A stretch of DNA of 63,324 nt, filler included, from Candidatus Hydrogenedentota bacterium (GTDB lineage Bacteria; JBFMHD01), in assembly GCA_040752395.1 (NCBI GenBank). It is 9 parts of 9 records of this genome, joined end to end, with 100 filler letters (N's around TTAATTAATTAA, not from the genome) between each part and the next. Parts side by side here need not be neighbours in the genome. Positions count along the whole stretch, not along the records: positions 36,790 to 42,094 come from JBFMHD010000195.1; positions 42,195 to 47,482 come from JBFMHD010000196.1; positions 47,583 to 52,846 come from JBFMHD010000197.1; 6 more parts are not named here. One strand, written 5' to 3'. The notes under the pieces are model-generated. The model saw only the letters and a list, made by a program, of their open reading frames with translations. It was not told the DNA's origin and ran no database searches. Every line of letters begins with the position of its first letter. The stretch's first letter is position 1. Positions 40,748-51,181 of this stretch are shown piece after piece. A program made the position numbers and the translations under genes.

Positions 40748-41071
40748 ATGACAGGTTTATTTGTTAAGAAAGGCGATACTGTAAAAATTTTATCTGGTAA
40801 AGACAAAGGGAAAACAGGTAAAATTTTGAGAGCATTTCCTAAACAGGGCAGACTTATTGTTGAACATATTAATTTTCAGAAAAAGCATCAGCGACCAACT
40901 CGTGATAATCCTAAAGGTGGGATATTAGAAAAAGAGGGACCTATTTATGCAGCAAAAGTAATGGTGATATGCCCAAACTGTAGTAAACCCACACGGATAA
41001 GCAGAAGATTTTTAGCTGATGGTAGAAAAGTAAGATACTGCAGGAAATGTAAAGAAGATATTGATAAATGA
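40748..41071 (+). CDS. rplX: 50S ribosomal protein L24
   Basis: KKGDTV..GKDKGK, with CxxC pairs. Confidence 0.97.
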   Translation: MTGLFVKKGDTVKILSGKDKGKTGKILRAFPKQGRLIVEHINFQKKHQRPTRDNPKGGILEKEGPIYAAKVMVICPNCSKPTRISRRFLADGRKVRYCRKCKEDIDK

Positions 41072-41099
41072 GAAAAGGATGAAAAACAAGGAGATGTAA

Positions 41100-41660
41100 A
41101 TGGTTGCGAAGAAGTATGTGCCGAGAATAAAGAAAAAATATTATGAGGAAGTAGTACCAGAACTAAAAAAAAGGTTAAAAAGAGAGAACGTGTTATCTTT
41201 ACCGAGGTTGAAGAAGATAGTTGTAAATATGGGTGTTGGCGATGCGTTAAAAGACCCAAAAACTCTTGATGGAGCCATGAAAGATTTAAGAGATATAACA
41301 GGTCAACAACCGATTATAACGCGTGCCAAAAAATCAGTATCTAATTTTAAACTGCGAGCGGGTCAATCCATAGGTTGCTGTGTCACACTTACAGGGAATA
41401 AGATGTATGAGTTTTTTGATAGATTTGTAAATTTTGCGATACCTCGAATCAGGGATTTTAAAGGATTGGACCCGAAAAGTTTTGATAAGAGAGGGAATTA
41501 TAATTTAGGGATTAAAGAGCAAACGATTTTTCCTGAGGTTTCTTATGATTCTATTTACAAAATAAGAGGTATGGATGTGGCAGTTGTTACTTCGAGTGAT
41601 AAGGATGGCGAAGCAATGCTTCTTCTTGCTCTTTTAGGGTTCCCCTTTAAAAAAACGTAA
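41100..41660 (+). CDS. rplE: 50S ribosomal protein L5
   Basis: KIVVNMGVG, PRIRDFKG, EQTIFPE. Confidence 0.98.
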   Translation: MVAKKYVPRIKKKYYEEVVPELKKRLKRENVLSLPRLKKIVVNMGVGDALKDPKTLDGAMKDLRDITGQQPIITRAKKSVSNFKLRAGQSIGCCVTLTGNKMYEFFDRFVNFAIPRIRDFKGLDPKSFDKRGNYNLGIKEQTIFPEVSYDSIYKIRGMDVAVVTSSDKDGEAMLLLALLGFPFKKT

Positions 41661-41729
41661 TTCATCACTTAGAGGTGAGATTAAGAAGTAAGAAGTTCGA
41701 GGTGGAAAGAAGTAGGAATTATAAACATT

Positions 41730-41915
41730 ATGTCAACAACAGCAAAAATGGCTAAATTAAGAAAGAAACCTAAATTTAAAATCCGACATCATAACAGATG
41801 TCCCATCTGTGGTCGTGCTCGCGGCTATATACGTAGATTTAATATGTGTCGTCTTTGTTTCAGAGAGATGGCTCATCGAGGCTTTATACCAGGTGTAGTA
41901 AAGGCAAGCTGGTGA
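41730..41915 (+). CDS. rpsN: 30S ribosomal protein S14, zinc-binding type Z
   Basis: [23 protein letters not shown]. Confidence 0.97.
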   Translation: MSTTAKMAKLRKKPKFKIRHHNRCPICGRARGYIRRFNMCRLCFREMAHRGFIPGVVKASW

Positions 41916-41923
41916 GTTATATT

Positions 41924-42094
41924 TAGAGGCAAGAGGCAAGATAACGATATTTCTTGCGTTATTGGGTTATTGCGTTTTTGCGTTCTTGCGCTCTACACAA
42001 TATATGAAAAACTAAAGATGATATGAAAAGAGTCGTGAGTCAAAACAGGACTCGAGACTCAAGACTCAAGACTTTTCAGCAGGCTTTTGGCTTT
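41924..42094 (+). repeat. Modular intergenic element after rpsN, running into the contig end
   Basis: Inverted GAGGCAA array, TTGCGTTA array, TATGAAAAACT block, GACTCAA array. Confidence 0.9.
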
Positions 42095-42200
42095 NNNNNN
42101 NNNNNNNNNNNNNNNNNNNNNNNNNNNNNNNNNNNNNNTTAATTAATTAANNNNNNNNNNNNNNNNNNNNNNNNNNNNNNNNNNNNNNNNNNNNTGGGCC

Positions 42201-42833
42201 ATGAAACAAGAGATAGAAAGCAGTGATGGCATCCTTATTGAGATTGCAAACAAAATGATTAATCATTTTGAAAGATTATCTTCAAAAATAACCACTCGAA
42301 AATATGTTAAAGAAAAAATATTATACATTACTCAATGCGAGATCATCTCTGAAGGAATGGATATATCAACCAATGCAAAAGTAAGAAAAATTATAGAAAC
42401 ATTAATGGAATGTACTCAAAAGCTTTTAACCCATTGGTTTGGTAGCCACATCGAGATGTCAGCACTTGAGAAAATAGTCTGTTTTTACTCGGCCGACTAC
42501 GCTTTCTCATTCAGTATTAAATTCTTAGAAGCAATAATAAATGAAACGATGGACAATGATATTGATAATCTCTATTGTAAAATAAAAATTATTCCCTATG
42601 TCTTAACCGAGTCTTCAAAGTTCCCTAATTACGAGAAATCAAGGGTCGCTTTATCAAAAATCCCATCTACTTTATGTACACCAAATTGTGTAGTCGTTCT
42701 TCCTGAAACCTATGAGATACTCGATCCTCAATTCAAAAGGGGTTTACAAAAAGTCTACGGCGACCTTGACACAAAAACAGGCTCATCCGAGGTCTTCTAT
42801 AGATACTCACCGCTATCCGAAGAATCTACCTAA
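42201..42833 (+). CDS. Hypothetical protein, possibly 5' partial
   Basis: 210-aa ORF open to the contig edge; no family recognised. Confidence 0.5.
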   Translation: MKQEIESSDGILIEIANKMINHFERLSSKITTRKYVKEKILYITQCEIISEGMDISTNAKVRKIIETLMECTQKLLTHWFGSHIEMSALEKIVCFYSADYAFSFSIKFLEAIINETMDNDIDNLYCKIKIIPYVLTESSKFPNYEKSRVALSKIPSTLCTPNCVVVLPETYEILDPQFKRGLQKVYGDLDTKTGSSEVFYRYSPLSEEST

Positions 42834-42907
42834 CGTGGTATAGCTGTGCCTCTGTGCCTGACATCTGATGTCTAAATATTTTTACATACGTAGGAACAAA
42901 TAAGTAT

Positions 42908-43612
42908 TCACGTAAGTCTTAATATCTCTTGGGACATTTCGTCCATAACTTTGATAACGTTAATATTTGCTTTTATTGCATTCTCATTAATAATTGAGTG
43001 CACAAACTCGCTCGCTAAATCTACATTTGATGACTCTAAATAACCCTGAACTATCTCACCTAAACCACCAAAACCAGGTAAACCAGGTACAGGCTCACCA
43101 GAATTAGCACTCTTGTAATACAAATTTTCCCCGGCAGCAATTAATCCTGAAGGATTGGTAAATTTTACTAATTCTATCTGCCCAACTCTCTGAGATTCAC
43201 CATTGGTATAAGCAAAGACTTCGCCTTTTTTAGTTATAGTAAGATTCTCAGTGTTTTCTGGTAGTTTTATTTCGGGTGTGATTGGGTAACCCGAAGAAGT
43301 AACAACTCTACCCGTGGCATCAATGTTAAAATTACCGTCTCTTGTATAAGCCGTGGCCTTAGGGGTTAAAACCTTGAAAAATCCATCACCCGCAACCGTT
43401 AAACTCAAATTATCTCCAGTCAACATCATAGACCCCTGGGTGAAGTCTCTGCTTATACTTGAAATCTGAGTACCGCTAATATTTAATCCATTCTGATAAA
43501 CATCCGAGGACTTGAAACCCGTAGTATTAACATTGGCTACATTATTTGCTATAACATTTTCCCGTGATAGACCTGTTTTTATTGCAGAAAGCGGTGTAGA
43601 AAAATCAATCAT
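42908..43612 (-). CDS. Flagellar hook/basal-body rod family protein (FlgG-like)
   Basis: ANNVANVNTTGFK, GDGFF, YTRDGNF, LESSNVDL. Confidence 0.9.
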   Translation of the reverse strand: MIDFSTPLSAIKTGLSRENVIANNVANVNTTGFKSSDVYQNGLNISGTQISSISRDFTQGSMMLTGDNLSLTVAGDGFFKVLTPKATAYTRDGNFNIDATGRVVTSSGYPITPEIKLPENTENLTITKKGEVFAYTNGESQRVGQIELVKFTNPSGLIAAGENLYYKSANSGEPVPGLPGFGGLGEIVQGYLESSNVDLASEFVHSIINENAIKANINVIKVMDEMSQEILRLT

Positions 43613-43727
43613 AAAAACACCTCCATGTAAAATATTAAAACTTCCTATGTCATATTATAATGAATTTTAAAAATATTTCAAATGAATTTTTAAAATTTCT
43701 GTAACCCCTCAAAACGTGTGAAAAAAT

Positions 43728-43750
43728 TGTAGTGAGCATCTTTAGATGCG
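43728..43750 (+). repeat. GTAG-type REP-like palindrome
   Basis: Identical to 2269-2291 on the minus strand. Confidence 0.75.
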
Positions 43751-44036
43751 TCTTTAAGATAAGGTATTTATATTATTTTTAACAAATTATGGTTCATTCG
43801 TAAAAAACCGGCCGCCTCCCATACAATTTATTAATTTAAATTGCAACTTAATTACGAAGGACCCCAAATTATTAAAATGGGTCTTTTGTCCCTTACTACA
43901 TTTAATCGTTCTTAGTCTTCGAGGAAGTTTTTTAGATTCTTATATCGTGAGCTCTGGGCAATTCGCGCAGAATTTTAACTCAACTATATAGCGTCAAAAG
44001 TCCCTATATAGAAGTTTGGTTGGTGGCGCCGCCACC

Positions 44037-44840
44037 TTAGGTTTGTGGTACAAATTTCTCTAATTTACTTAACACTTCTCTATTTTTATCAGGAAAAGTT
44101 AAAACCACATTGCCTATGTTAATCAGGGCAACCATATCCTCAAAATGAACTGATAATTTCCTGTCTTCTGTAACAACTGTCCATTTATCATCCTGCACCT
44201 TTGCTTTCCAGGTACCGACATTCACCATAGGCTCGAAACATAATACCATCCCGGGTTTTAATTCTTCACCTGTGCCGGGGGTACCAAAATTCGGTATCTG
44301 TGGCTCCTCGTGCAGTTTCTCACCTATTCCATGGCCAACCCAGTCCCTTATAACACTGAACCCCTGATATTCTGCATAACTCTGGATAGCATTTGATATA
44401 TCACCAAGCCTGTTCCCTGGTTGTGCAAGCTGGATGGCTCTACGTAAACATTCTTTTCCTGTTCTTATTAATCTTTTTGCAGTGCGTGATATTTTACCAA
44501 CTGCATATGTTCTTGTTGCATCTCCATATACCCCCTTATAAAATACCCCTATATCAATTGAAAGGATATCACCATTTTTTATAACTCGATTTTTTGACGG
44601 GAGGCCATGAACAACCTCTTCGTTGATTGAGATACAAATAGAAAACGGATAATTCATATATCCCAAAAAAGCCGGTTTTGCATTGAAGCCTGTTATAATT
44701 CCATAAGCTATCTCATCAATCTCGGCAGTAGATATACCATCTCTTATATATTCTTTTATTTTTTCGAATACCCGAACAACTATCTGACCTGCTTCGTACA
44801 TCAATATTAATTGTTCTTTAGTTTTAAGCGGGATAGCCAT
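44037..44840 (-). CDS. map: Methionine aminopeptidase type I
   Basis: SINEEVVHGLP, GHGIG..HEEP, EPM, HFED. Confidence 0.97.
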   Translation of the reverse strand: MAIPLKTKEQLILMYEAGQIVVRVFEKIKEYIRDGISTAEIDEIAYGIITGFNAKPAFLGYMNYPFSICISINEEVVHGLPSKNRVIKNGDILSIDIGVFYKGVYGDATRTYAVGKISRTAKRLIRTGKECLRRAIQLAQPGNRLGDISNAIQSYAEYQGFSVIRDWVGHGIGEKLHEEPQIPNFGTPGTGEELKPGMVLCFEPMVNVGTWKAKVQDDKWTVVTEDRKLSVHFEDMVALINIGNVVLTFPDKNREVLSKLEKFVPQT

Positions 44841-44853
44841 TCTTGTCGCTTCG

Positions 44854-45501
44854 CTACATTGTAAATTCAGACTTCAGCCGAAACAACGTAGCTTTTATCT
44901 CGTTGTATATTTCAAATGGAGTGCCCTCACCATTCACTTCGTATAGAACCTTTTTCTTTTTATAATATTCAATAAGCGGTGTTGTCTGATTTAAATAAAC
45001 CGTTATCCTTTTTTTAACTGTTTCTACATTATCATCTGCCCGTTTAACAAAATTACCGCCACACTTTTTACATTTATCGCCGGTATCAGATGGATCCTTG
45101 TTGATACCGCATTTTTCACATATAAAGCGATTGGTTAATCTGTCTAAAATCGTTCTTTGTGAAACCGATATAAGTAGAACACCTGTTAAAGGTTTTTTAT
45201 TCTTTAAAAGAAACTTATCAAGCTCTTCAGCCTGAACAATAGTTCTTGGATATCCATCAAGTAAAAAGCCTTCTAAAATACTACTTAGTTTTTCATTAAC
45301 GATACCGACAACGATATCATCTGGAACAAGCTGTCCCCTGTCTATATATTCTTTTGCTTTAATCCCTAAATCGGTTTCTTTAGCTATAGCTTCCCGAAAA
45401 ATATCGCCTGTTGCTATATGGGGCAATTTAAAATCTTTTACAATTCGTTCAGCCTGCGTGCCCTTACCTGAACCCGGTGCTCCTAATAAAACCCATCGCA
45501 T
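44854..45501 (-). CDS. adk: Adenylate kinase with zinc lid
   Basis: GAPGSGKGTQ, LDGYPRT, CxxC..CxxC. Confidence 0.97.
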   Translation of the reverse strand: MRWVLLGAPGSGKGTQAERIVKDFKLPHIATGDIFREAIAKETDLGIKAKEYIDRGQLVPDDIVVGIVNEKLSSILEGFLLDGYPRTIVQAEELDKFLLKNKKPLTGVLLISVSQRTILDRLTNRFICEKCGINKDPSDTGDKCKKCGGNFVKRADDNVETVKKRITVYLNQTTPLIEYYKKKKVLYEVNGEGTPFEIYNEIKATLFRLKSEFTM

Positions 45502-45619
45502 ATTATTCTACCCCCTGGCGCTTCGTTCCATTGTAAATTGTAAATTTATCCACCCTTCTCTAAAAAAATGCGGAAGTAATCTCCTTATCCAGAATTTAAA
45601 ACGCAATAACGCAATAACG

Positions 45620-46951
45620 CTACCTGCCACGTATCCTGCCCCTCTTTACAAAACCATCATAATGCCGCATAAGTAAATGAGATTCTATCTGTCTCATAGT
45701 ATCAAGGGCTACCCCTACAATAATAAGTATCGAGGTACCACCAAAAATATTAGTGAGTCTTGAGGGCAGTTTTAAATATATAACTAAAAAATCAGGGAGA
45801 ATAGAGATAAGAGCAAGAAAAATAGCTCCTGCAAGCGTTATTCTCGTAAGTATAAAATCTATGTATTGAGCAGTTGTTTTACCTGGCCTTATACCAGGGA
45901 TAAATCCGCCATGCTTTTTTAAATTATCCGCAACGTCCTTGGGATTGAATTGTATAGCTGTATAAAAATAAGCAAAAAGTATAATTAATACAGAATACGC
46001 AACAAACCAGAAAACCGACCCATATCCCATATGTAAAGCGATCCATGCAAGAAATTTGTTAGCAGTATAATCTCTTGAAAACATCGCCATCATACTCATC
46101 GGAAACATAAGAAACGACGATGCAAATATAACAGGCATAACACCTGCGCTGTTAACCCGTAAAGGTAAACTTGTCCCTGCACCACCATAAACTTTTCTCC
46201 CGATTATCCGTTTTGCATATTGAATGGGTATCTTTCTATGACCCTCTGTTATTACCACAGATGCCGCAGTAATAAATGTGAAAAGAGCCCCTATGGCTAT
46301 TAATGAAAATAAACCAAGTTCTCCCATCGTGAAGATTCGATATGTCTCATATAAAGCCTGTGGAAATCTGGAAATTATCCCTACAAATATTAATAACGAG
46401 ATACCGTTACCAATCCCTCGCTCAGTTATCTGTTCACCCATCCACATAAGAAAAGTTGTACCGCAGGTCATAGTCACAACAGCTACTAAGTAAAACATAA
46501 ACGTCTTTTCAGGTACCACAGGCCCTGTTGCACCTACCTGATTCGAGACATAAATAGACCAGCCTATGGCCTGTATCATTGATAATACAATTGTTCCATA
46601 ACGAGTATATTGCGTTATCTTTCGCCTGCCATACTCACCTTCTTTCATCAAAGCCTCTAATTGAGGTATAACAACAGCAAGAAGCTGAAGTATTATCGAG
46701 GCACTTATATAAGGCATTATACCCAATGAAAATATAGAAAACTCAAATAATGCACCACCAGTAAACATATTCGCAAAACCTAATAACCCGCCTGCCATCG
46801 TTCCAGCAAGCGATTTTAATGCTATGGGGTCAACACCCGGGGTTGGAATGTGAGCACCTAGTCTGTAAATAAAAATCATTGTCAGAGTAAAAATAAACTT
46901 TTTTTTCAGGTCAGGTATTTTAATAGCATTTAATATGGCTTCTTTAATCAA
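45620..46951 (-). CDS. secY: Preprotein translocase subunit SecY
   Basis: LGIMPYISASII, GIGNGISL, IPGIRPG, GGTSILI; likely TTG start at 46951. Confidence 0.98.
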   Translation of the reverse strand: MIKEAILNAIKIPDLKKKFIFTLTMIFIYRLGAHIPTPGVDPIALKSLAGTMAGGLLGFANMFTGGALFEFSIFSLGIMPYISASIILQLLAVVIPQLEALMKEGEYGRRKITQYTRYGTIVLSMIQAIGWSIYVSNQVGATGPVVPEKTFMFYLVAVVTMTCGTTFLMWMGEQITERGIGNGISLLIFVGIISRFPQALYETYRIFTMGELGLFSLIAIGALFTFITAASVVITEGHRKIPIQYAKRIIGRKVYGGAGTSLPLRVNSAGVMPVIFASSFLMFPMSMMAMFSRDYTANKFLAWIALHMGYGSVFWFVAYSVLIILFAYFYTAIQFNPKDVADNLKKHGGFIPGIRPGKTTAQYIDFILTRITLAGAIFLALISILPDFLVIYLKLPSRLTNIFGGTSILIIVGVALDTMRQIESHLLMRHYDGFVKRGRIRGR

Positions 46952-47388
46952 ATCTTTAACACCTCGGCTATGCCTTCGCAAGAGTGTATTTTTGATAAAG
47001 CCTGTTTTGAAAAATTATGAGCTTTTATAGTGAGCCTCTTTTGCAAATTACCATCAGCTAAAATTTTCACAGGTTTGTTGCTCCGTATTATGTTTGACTG
47101 TTTTAATGTTTCAGGTGTTATAACAGAACCTTCTTCGAAAATATTCAAATCCTGCAATTTTACACTTTCATACTCTTTCCGATTAAATTTATTAAACCCT
47201 CGTTTAGGAAGCCTTCTTAAAAGCGGCATCTGCCCCCCCTCAAACCCCGGGCTTTTCTTTGAACCCGAGCGTGATAACTGTCCCTTATTCCCGCGACCAC
47301 AGGTTCTTCCCCGGCCACTTCCTGGTCCGCGTCCTACACGTTTCGACTTTTTCTTACTTCCTGGTGGTGGTTTAAGATTGTTTAACAT
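46948..47388 (-). CDS. rplO: 50S ribosomal protein L15
   Basis: [28 protein letters not shown] 6 nt after the element GAGGAG. Confidence 0.98.
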   Translation of the reverse strand: MLNNLKPPPGSKKKSKRVGRGPGSGRGRTCGRGNKGQLSRSGSKKSPGFEGGQMPLLRRLPKRGFNKFNRKEYESVKLQDLNIFEEGSVITPETLKQSNIIRSNKPVKILADGNLQKRLTIKAHNFSKQALSKIHSCEGIAEVLKI

Positions 47389-47394
47389 CAATTA

Positions 47395-47482
47395 CTCCTC
47401 TGAAAAACGTTGTAACTCTAATAATATCAAATAGAAGCAAGAGGCAAGAAGCAAGAAGCAAGATAACGGAAGAAGTGAGAGG
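47395..47482 (-). repeat. Modular element terminus supplying the rplO SD; runs to the contig end
   Basis: Reverse complement of CTTCTTG array..TTGATATTATTAGAGTTACAACGTTTTTCAGAGGAG. Confidence 0.92.
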
Positions 47483-47582
47483 NNNNNNNNNNNNNNNNNN
47501 NNNNNNNNNNNNNNNNNNNNNNNNNNTTAATTAATTAANNNNNNNNNNNNNNNNNNNNNNNNNNNNNNNNNNNNNNNNNNNN

Positions 47583-49189
47583 AACCTGATTTTAATGGGT
47601 TTATTGTTTTTATCAAATTTAACTATAAACAGACCAGGGTCAAAATATTCAGCATAAACCTTTTCATCTCTTGTATTTGATAACAGGTCATAACCTCGTA
47701 TTTCTACTGGTTTACTAATTTTTAAAACACCAAGTATCGTTGGGAATATATCAAGTATAGTTGCGATAGAGTTATCCTCACCTGTTATTAATCTGTCAGG
47801 ATATAAAATCACCAGAGGTATTTTCAGTAGGTTATTATGTAAGGACCCCATATGTCCCCAGAGATTATGTTCAAAGATATTCTCTCCGTGGTCCGAAGTA
47901 ATGATTATCATTGATTTGTCAAATCTTTGTTTATCTCTGCTTAATATTTCGAAGAGATTTTTCAGGCAATCATCAAGATAATTTATAGCTGCGAGATAGT
48001 ATTTATAAAAAAACGTTCTATCTTCTTGGGTATAAGTCAGTTTTGTATTTTTATCATATCTAATTTTTTTATATCTATTCATATATTCATCTTTTGGTGG
48101 CTGATAACCCAGCCATTTATTTTTATAAGAATATGGCGAGACGTAAGGTTTATGGCATTCGAGCCAGTTAATAAAAATAAATCTTGGTCCTTTTTTATAA
48201 AAAAGCAAATTTTTAAGAAACTGTAACGACTGGTTAGCACCCATATCATGATCATCTAAATTCATAAAATAATGAAACAATCTTAATAAAACAAAGTTAT
48301 TTCTTACAAAGGGGAGAGAATAAAATCCTTTAAACCCGAGTATATTATGTATATTCAGAGCAACGATCGGATTAGCGCAGAGTGCGTATGTGTTATAATC
48401 ATTTTCAAGGAGTATCTCCTGGAGTGTAACCCAATCAGGGGACTCATCAAGCGTTTTATCACCGCTTACAGCTCCATGTTCGGTTGTGTATTTAGAGGTA
48501 AAGAGCGAGGTATGAGCAGGGAGCGTCCAGGGCGAGACTGTGTAAGCATTATTATATACAACTGCTTTGTCTTTAAGTGTTTCAAGGAAGGGTGTGGTTT
48601 TTCTTTCTTTATAATAGAGCGAAACGTCTTTTTGTCTTAAAGTATCAAGGACTATTAAATATATATCAGGCTTCTCATTTTTGGTTGGTGCATCAAAACT
48701 GAGTAAACCCCAGAGAGTAATTAAAACTGCAAATATAAGAAAAAGGAGTCTGTTTTTCACTTCTAAATGGAGATTACGTTTAAGTCCTGATAATATAAGA
48801 TAGATGCTTATAGCTAATAACGCTACACCCGAAGTCGCACCTGCTCCATGTAACGAAAAGATAGTGCATCTGGACGGCAATACATCCCAGTTAATAACCA
48901 GTCCAACGGCTATAAATATAAAAAAAGCAAGTAGTAAAAGTTCGATATCTATTTTAAATTTTAAAAGCCTGTTAATTAACTTAAGGAAGAAACCAGAGGA
49001 GATAAAAAATAACGTATAAACAGCAAGAACATAAAGAAAGAATAAAATTTCATTGATAAGATGGTTCGGAAAGAGGTATAATATTTGTGGTCTATAAAGA
49101 AGATAGATATGTGTAGAGAAGATAAGATAAATTGTTTCAATAATGAGACAGATAAAACCTACTCTCAAAAAATCTTTGAAATCTTTCAT
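47583..49189 (-). CDS. Membrane-anchored sulfatase-like hydrolase, 3' truncated
   Basis: About five N-terminal TM helices; LDTLR, PWTLPAHTSLFT (Thr at the nucleophile position), TSDHGE, DIFPT. Confidence 0.85.
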
Positions 49190-49573
49190 CTCTTTTTTCT
49201 GTTTTGTTATGCTCTATATTTCAGAGTATATATTTTTATTTTACTAAAGACAAAGGGTCTTGATAAAGTACTGAGATCAATCAAGCCGCTTAATAATTTT
49301 TTTTCTTTTTTTATAAACTATATTAAAACCATTGAAAACTCAAGAATTTTAAATTTAATTAATTATACCTGCCTCTATAGGGCGCTTCTTATCTATAAGA
49401 TATTATTAATTTCAGATGAGAAGCTCGAGTTTATTATAAGCGTCAAAAAAGATAGTAGTATTTTCAGTGCGCATAGCTGGATAAAACATAAGAATACAAT
49501 CCATCTTACTCCAAAAATAGAGGAATATAGTGAGATTTACGTTTTTAACAATAGGAGCAGAACTCAGGTATAG
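49109..49573 (+). CDS. Lasso-peptide B2-like (transglutaminase-like) leader peptidase
   Basis: TCLYRAL..ISVKK..FSAHSWI matches the CLxRAL/AHAWV pattern; start uncertain; antisense to its neighbours. Confidence 0.7.
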   Translation: MCREDKINCFNNETDKTYSQKIFEIFHLFFLFCYALYFRVYIFILLKTKGLDKVLRSIKPLNNFFSFFINYIKTIENSRILNLINYTCLYRALLIYKILLISDEKLEFIISVKKDSSIFSAHSWIKHKNTIHLTPKIEEYSEIYVFNNRSRTQV

Positions 49574-49727
49574 CGGTTCCGACAGTCTGCGTGGTGCATC
49601 CACCTCCTCCTGCACAGCTTACATTAAGTGTCTCAGTGGGCGAGACCAGTGTTACTTTATCAATACTGCCGTATTTAATAAGAACAGGTTTTATAAATTT
49701 CTTCTTTTTTTTATAATTATCTTTCAT
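49545..49727 (-). CDS. RiPP precursor peptide
   Basis: Leader KKFIKPVLIKYGSIDKVT fits (Y/F)xxPxLxxxGxxxxxT; core VSPTETLNVSCAGGGGCTTQTVGTAIPEFCSYC with 4 Cys; overlaps the rSAM stop. Confidence 0.78.
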   Translation of the reverse strand: MKDNYKKKKKFIKPVLIKYGSIDKVTLVSPTETLNVSCAGGGGCTTQTVGTAIPEFCSYC

Positions 49728-50739
49728 ACCTCAATTTTGTGAACAGACACGATTGTTTAAATGGTTTTCTAAAATCACCATTATTATCGCTATGTGCTAA
49801 TCCCGGGCAAATAAAACAATCAGTTTTGAGCTTACATTTTGCGAAGCAACGTGTTTCAGTCAGAGAAAAATCAGCTAATTCCTTTAATTTTTCGTTATCA
49901 TTCCAGAGCATTCCAAATCTTTTTTTAAACACATTCCCTGTTTTTAATCTCATACTTATACAGGGTAGAAGATCACCTGCTGCTGTGATCCCGGCAGTCG
50001 ATTTAGCGAGACTGCAGCTTGTCTTTTTAACCTCACTCTCAATAATCTTTGCGCAATCTTTATACTCAACTAAATCACCTGTAATATTAATTATACTCTT
50101 TAATTGTGATTTTGCAAGTAAATGTTTCTGAATTTTTTTATTACCATTCCAATCAGGTGATATAAAATGCGAGTATCTAAATGGGCATCCGAGTTTTTTA
50201 GAAAAATCCAGAACCGCTTCAAACTCTTTATAATTTTCTTTTAATAACTGCATTTTGAGATTTAATTTCAAGCCTTTATTTTTTGATAAGATGATATTAT
50301 TAAAGACTATATCTCTTACCTCTTTTCCTGTGACATTTAAGTAAGTTTTTCCTGTGAACCCATAAATTGTTATATCCAGAGAAAAATAAGGATATTCCTT
50401 TAATTTATCTATCAGTTGAGGTGTCAGCAGCACCGCATTTGTAAATAAAATAACATTCATCTTCTTTTCCTGAATTATATAATCAAGAATTTTTAAGATA
50501 TCTTTATGCATCAGTGGTTCGCCGCCAGTGATAACAACTTCCAATGTCCCGGCCTCATAAACCTGCTCTATAACGTTTTTAACTCTATCAAGTGTCATGA
50601 ATAAATTTCTTTTATCAGGTGGTATATAACAATGGATACAATGTAGATTACATTTATTTGTAATTTCAAGCGAGATAAAAAGCGGGATTCTCTTTTTATT
50701 AAGTTTTGATTTAAGTACCGAGAATGGTCTAATCCTCAT
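49717..50739 (-). CDS. Radical SAM/SPASM peptide maturase
   Basis: CNLHCIHC, TGGEPL, SPASM C..GDLLPC..CFAKC..CFICPG..C. Confidence 0.9.
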   Translation of the reverse strand: MRIRPFSVLKSKLNKKRIPLFISLEITNKCNLHCIHCYIPPDKRNLFMTLDRVKNVIEQVYEAGTLEVVITGGEPLMHKDILKILDYIIQEKKMNVILFTNAVLLTPQLIDKLKEYPYFSLDITIYGFTGKTYLNVTGKEVRDIVFNNIILSKNKGLKLNLKMQLLKENYKEFEAVLDFSKKLGCPFRYSHFISPDWNGNKKIQKHLLAKSQLKSIINITGDLVEYKDCAKIIESEVKKTSCSLAKSTAGITAAGDLLPCISMRLKTGNVFKKRFGMLWNDNEKLKELADFSLTETRCFAKCKLKTDCFICPGLAHSDNNGDFRKPFKQSCLFTKLRYER

Positions 50740-51017
50740 ATAACCTGAATAAATCCTTCTTTAACCAGATCATTTAATAAATCATCTATAGAAGCGGTTA
50801 CAAGATCGATATCAGCATCATATTCATCACAACAGATATCAATGATTTCCTCGTATATTTTATTTTCAAAGAGTAGTTCCCAGATTCTCATACCGGTACT
50901 ATTCAAGCTATAATAATGTTGTGTTTTAAAATTTAAAAATACGATCTCGTCACCGAAATTTTTCCATATCACCTTATCTGAATTAATTTTAAACCTTTTT
51001 TTATTGAATTTTTTCAT
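50736..51017 (-). CDS. PqqD family RiPP recognition element
   Basis: YYSLNSTGMRIWELL..EYD..LNDLVKEGFI. Confidence 0.92.
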   Translation of the reverse strand: MKKFNKKRFKINSDKVIWKNFGDEIVFLNFKTQHYYSLNSTGMRIWELLFENKIYEEIIDICCDEYDADIDLVTASIDDLLNDLVKEGFIQVI

Positions 51018-51181
51018 AGAATATATTATATAATTCTTTCAGGAACAATTCAATATTAAATTTCGGTTATTGATGTTCGGTGTTCGGTTCACCAATAACA
51101 TAAAACCCAAAACCCATAACCAAAAACAAAAACACCGAATTTAAGAACTCTACTTGGGATTGAGAAAGTATGGATTAAAAA

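Noticed and set aside
49545-49727. Classical lasso peptide call
   Set aside because: Core lacks the typical first residue and ring acceptor, and no cyclase is seen on the contig
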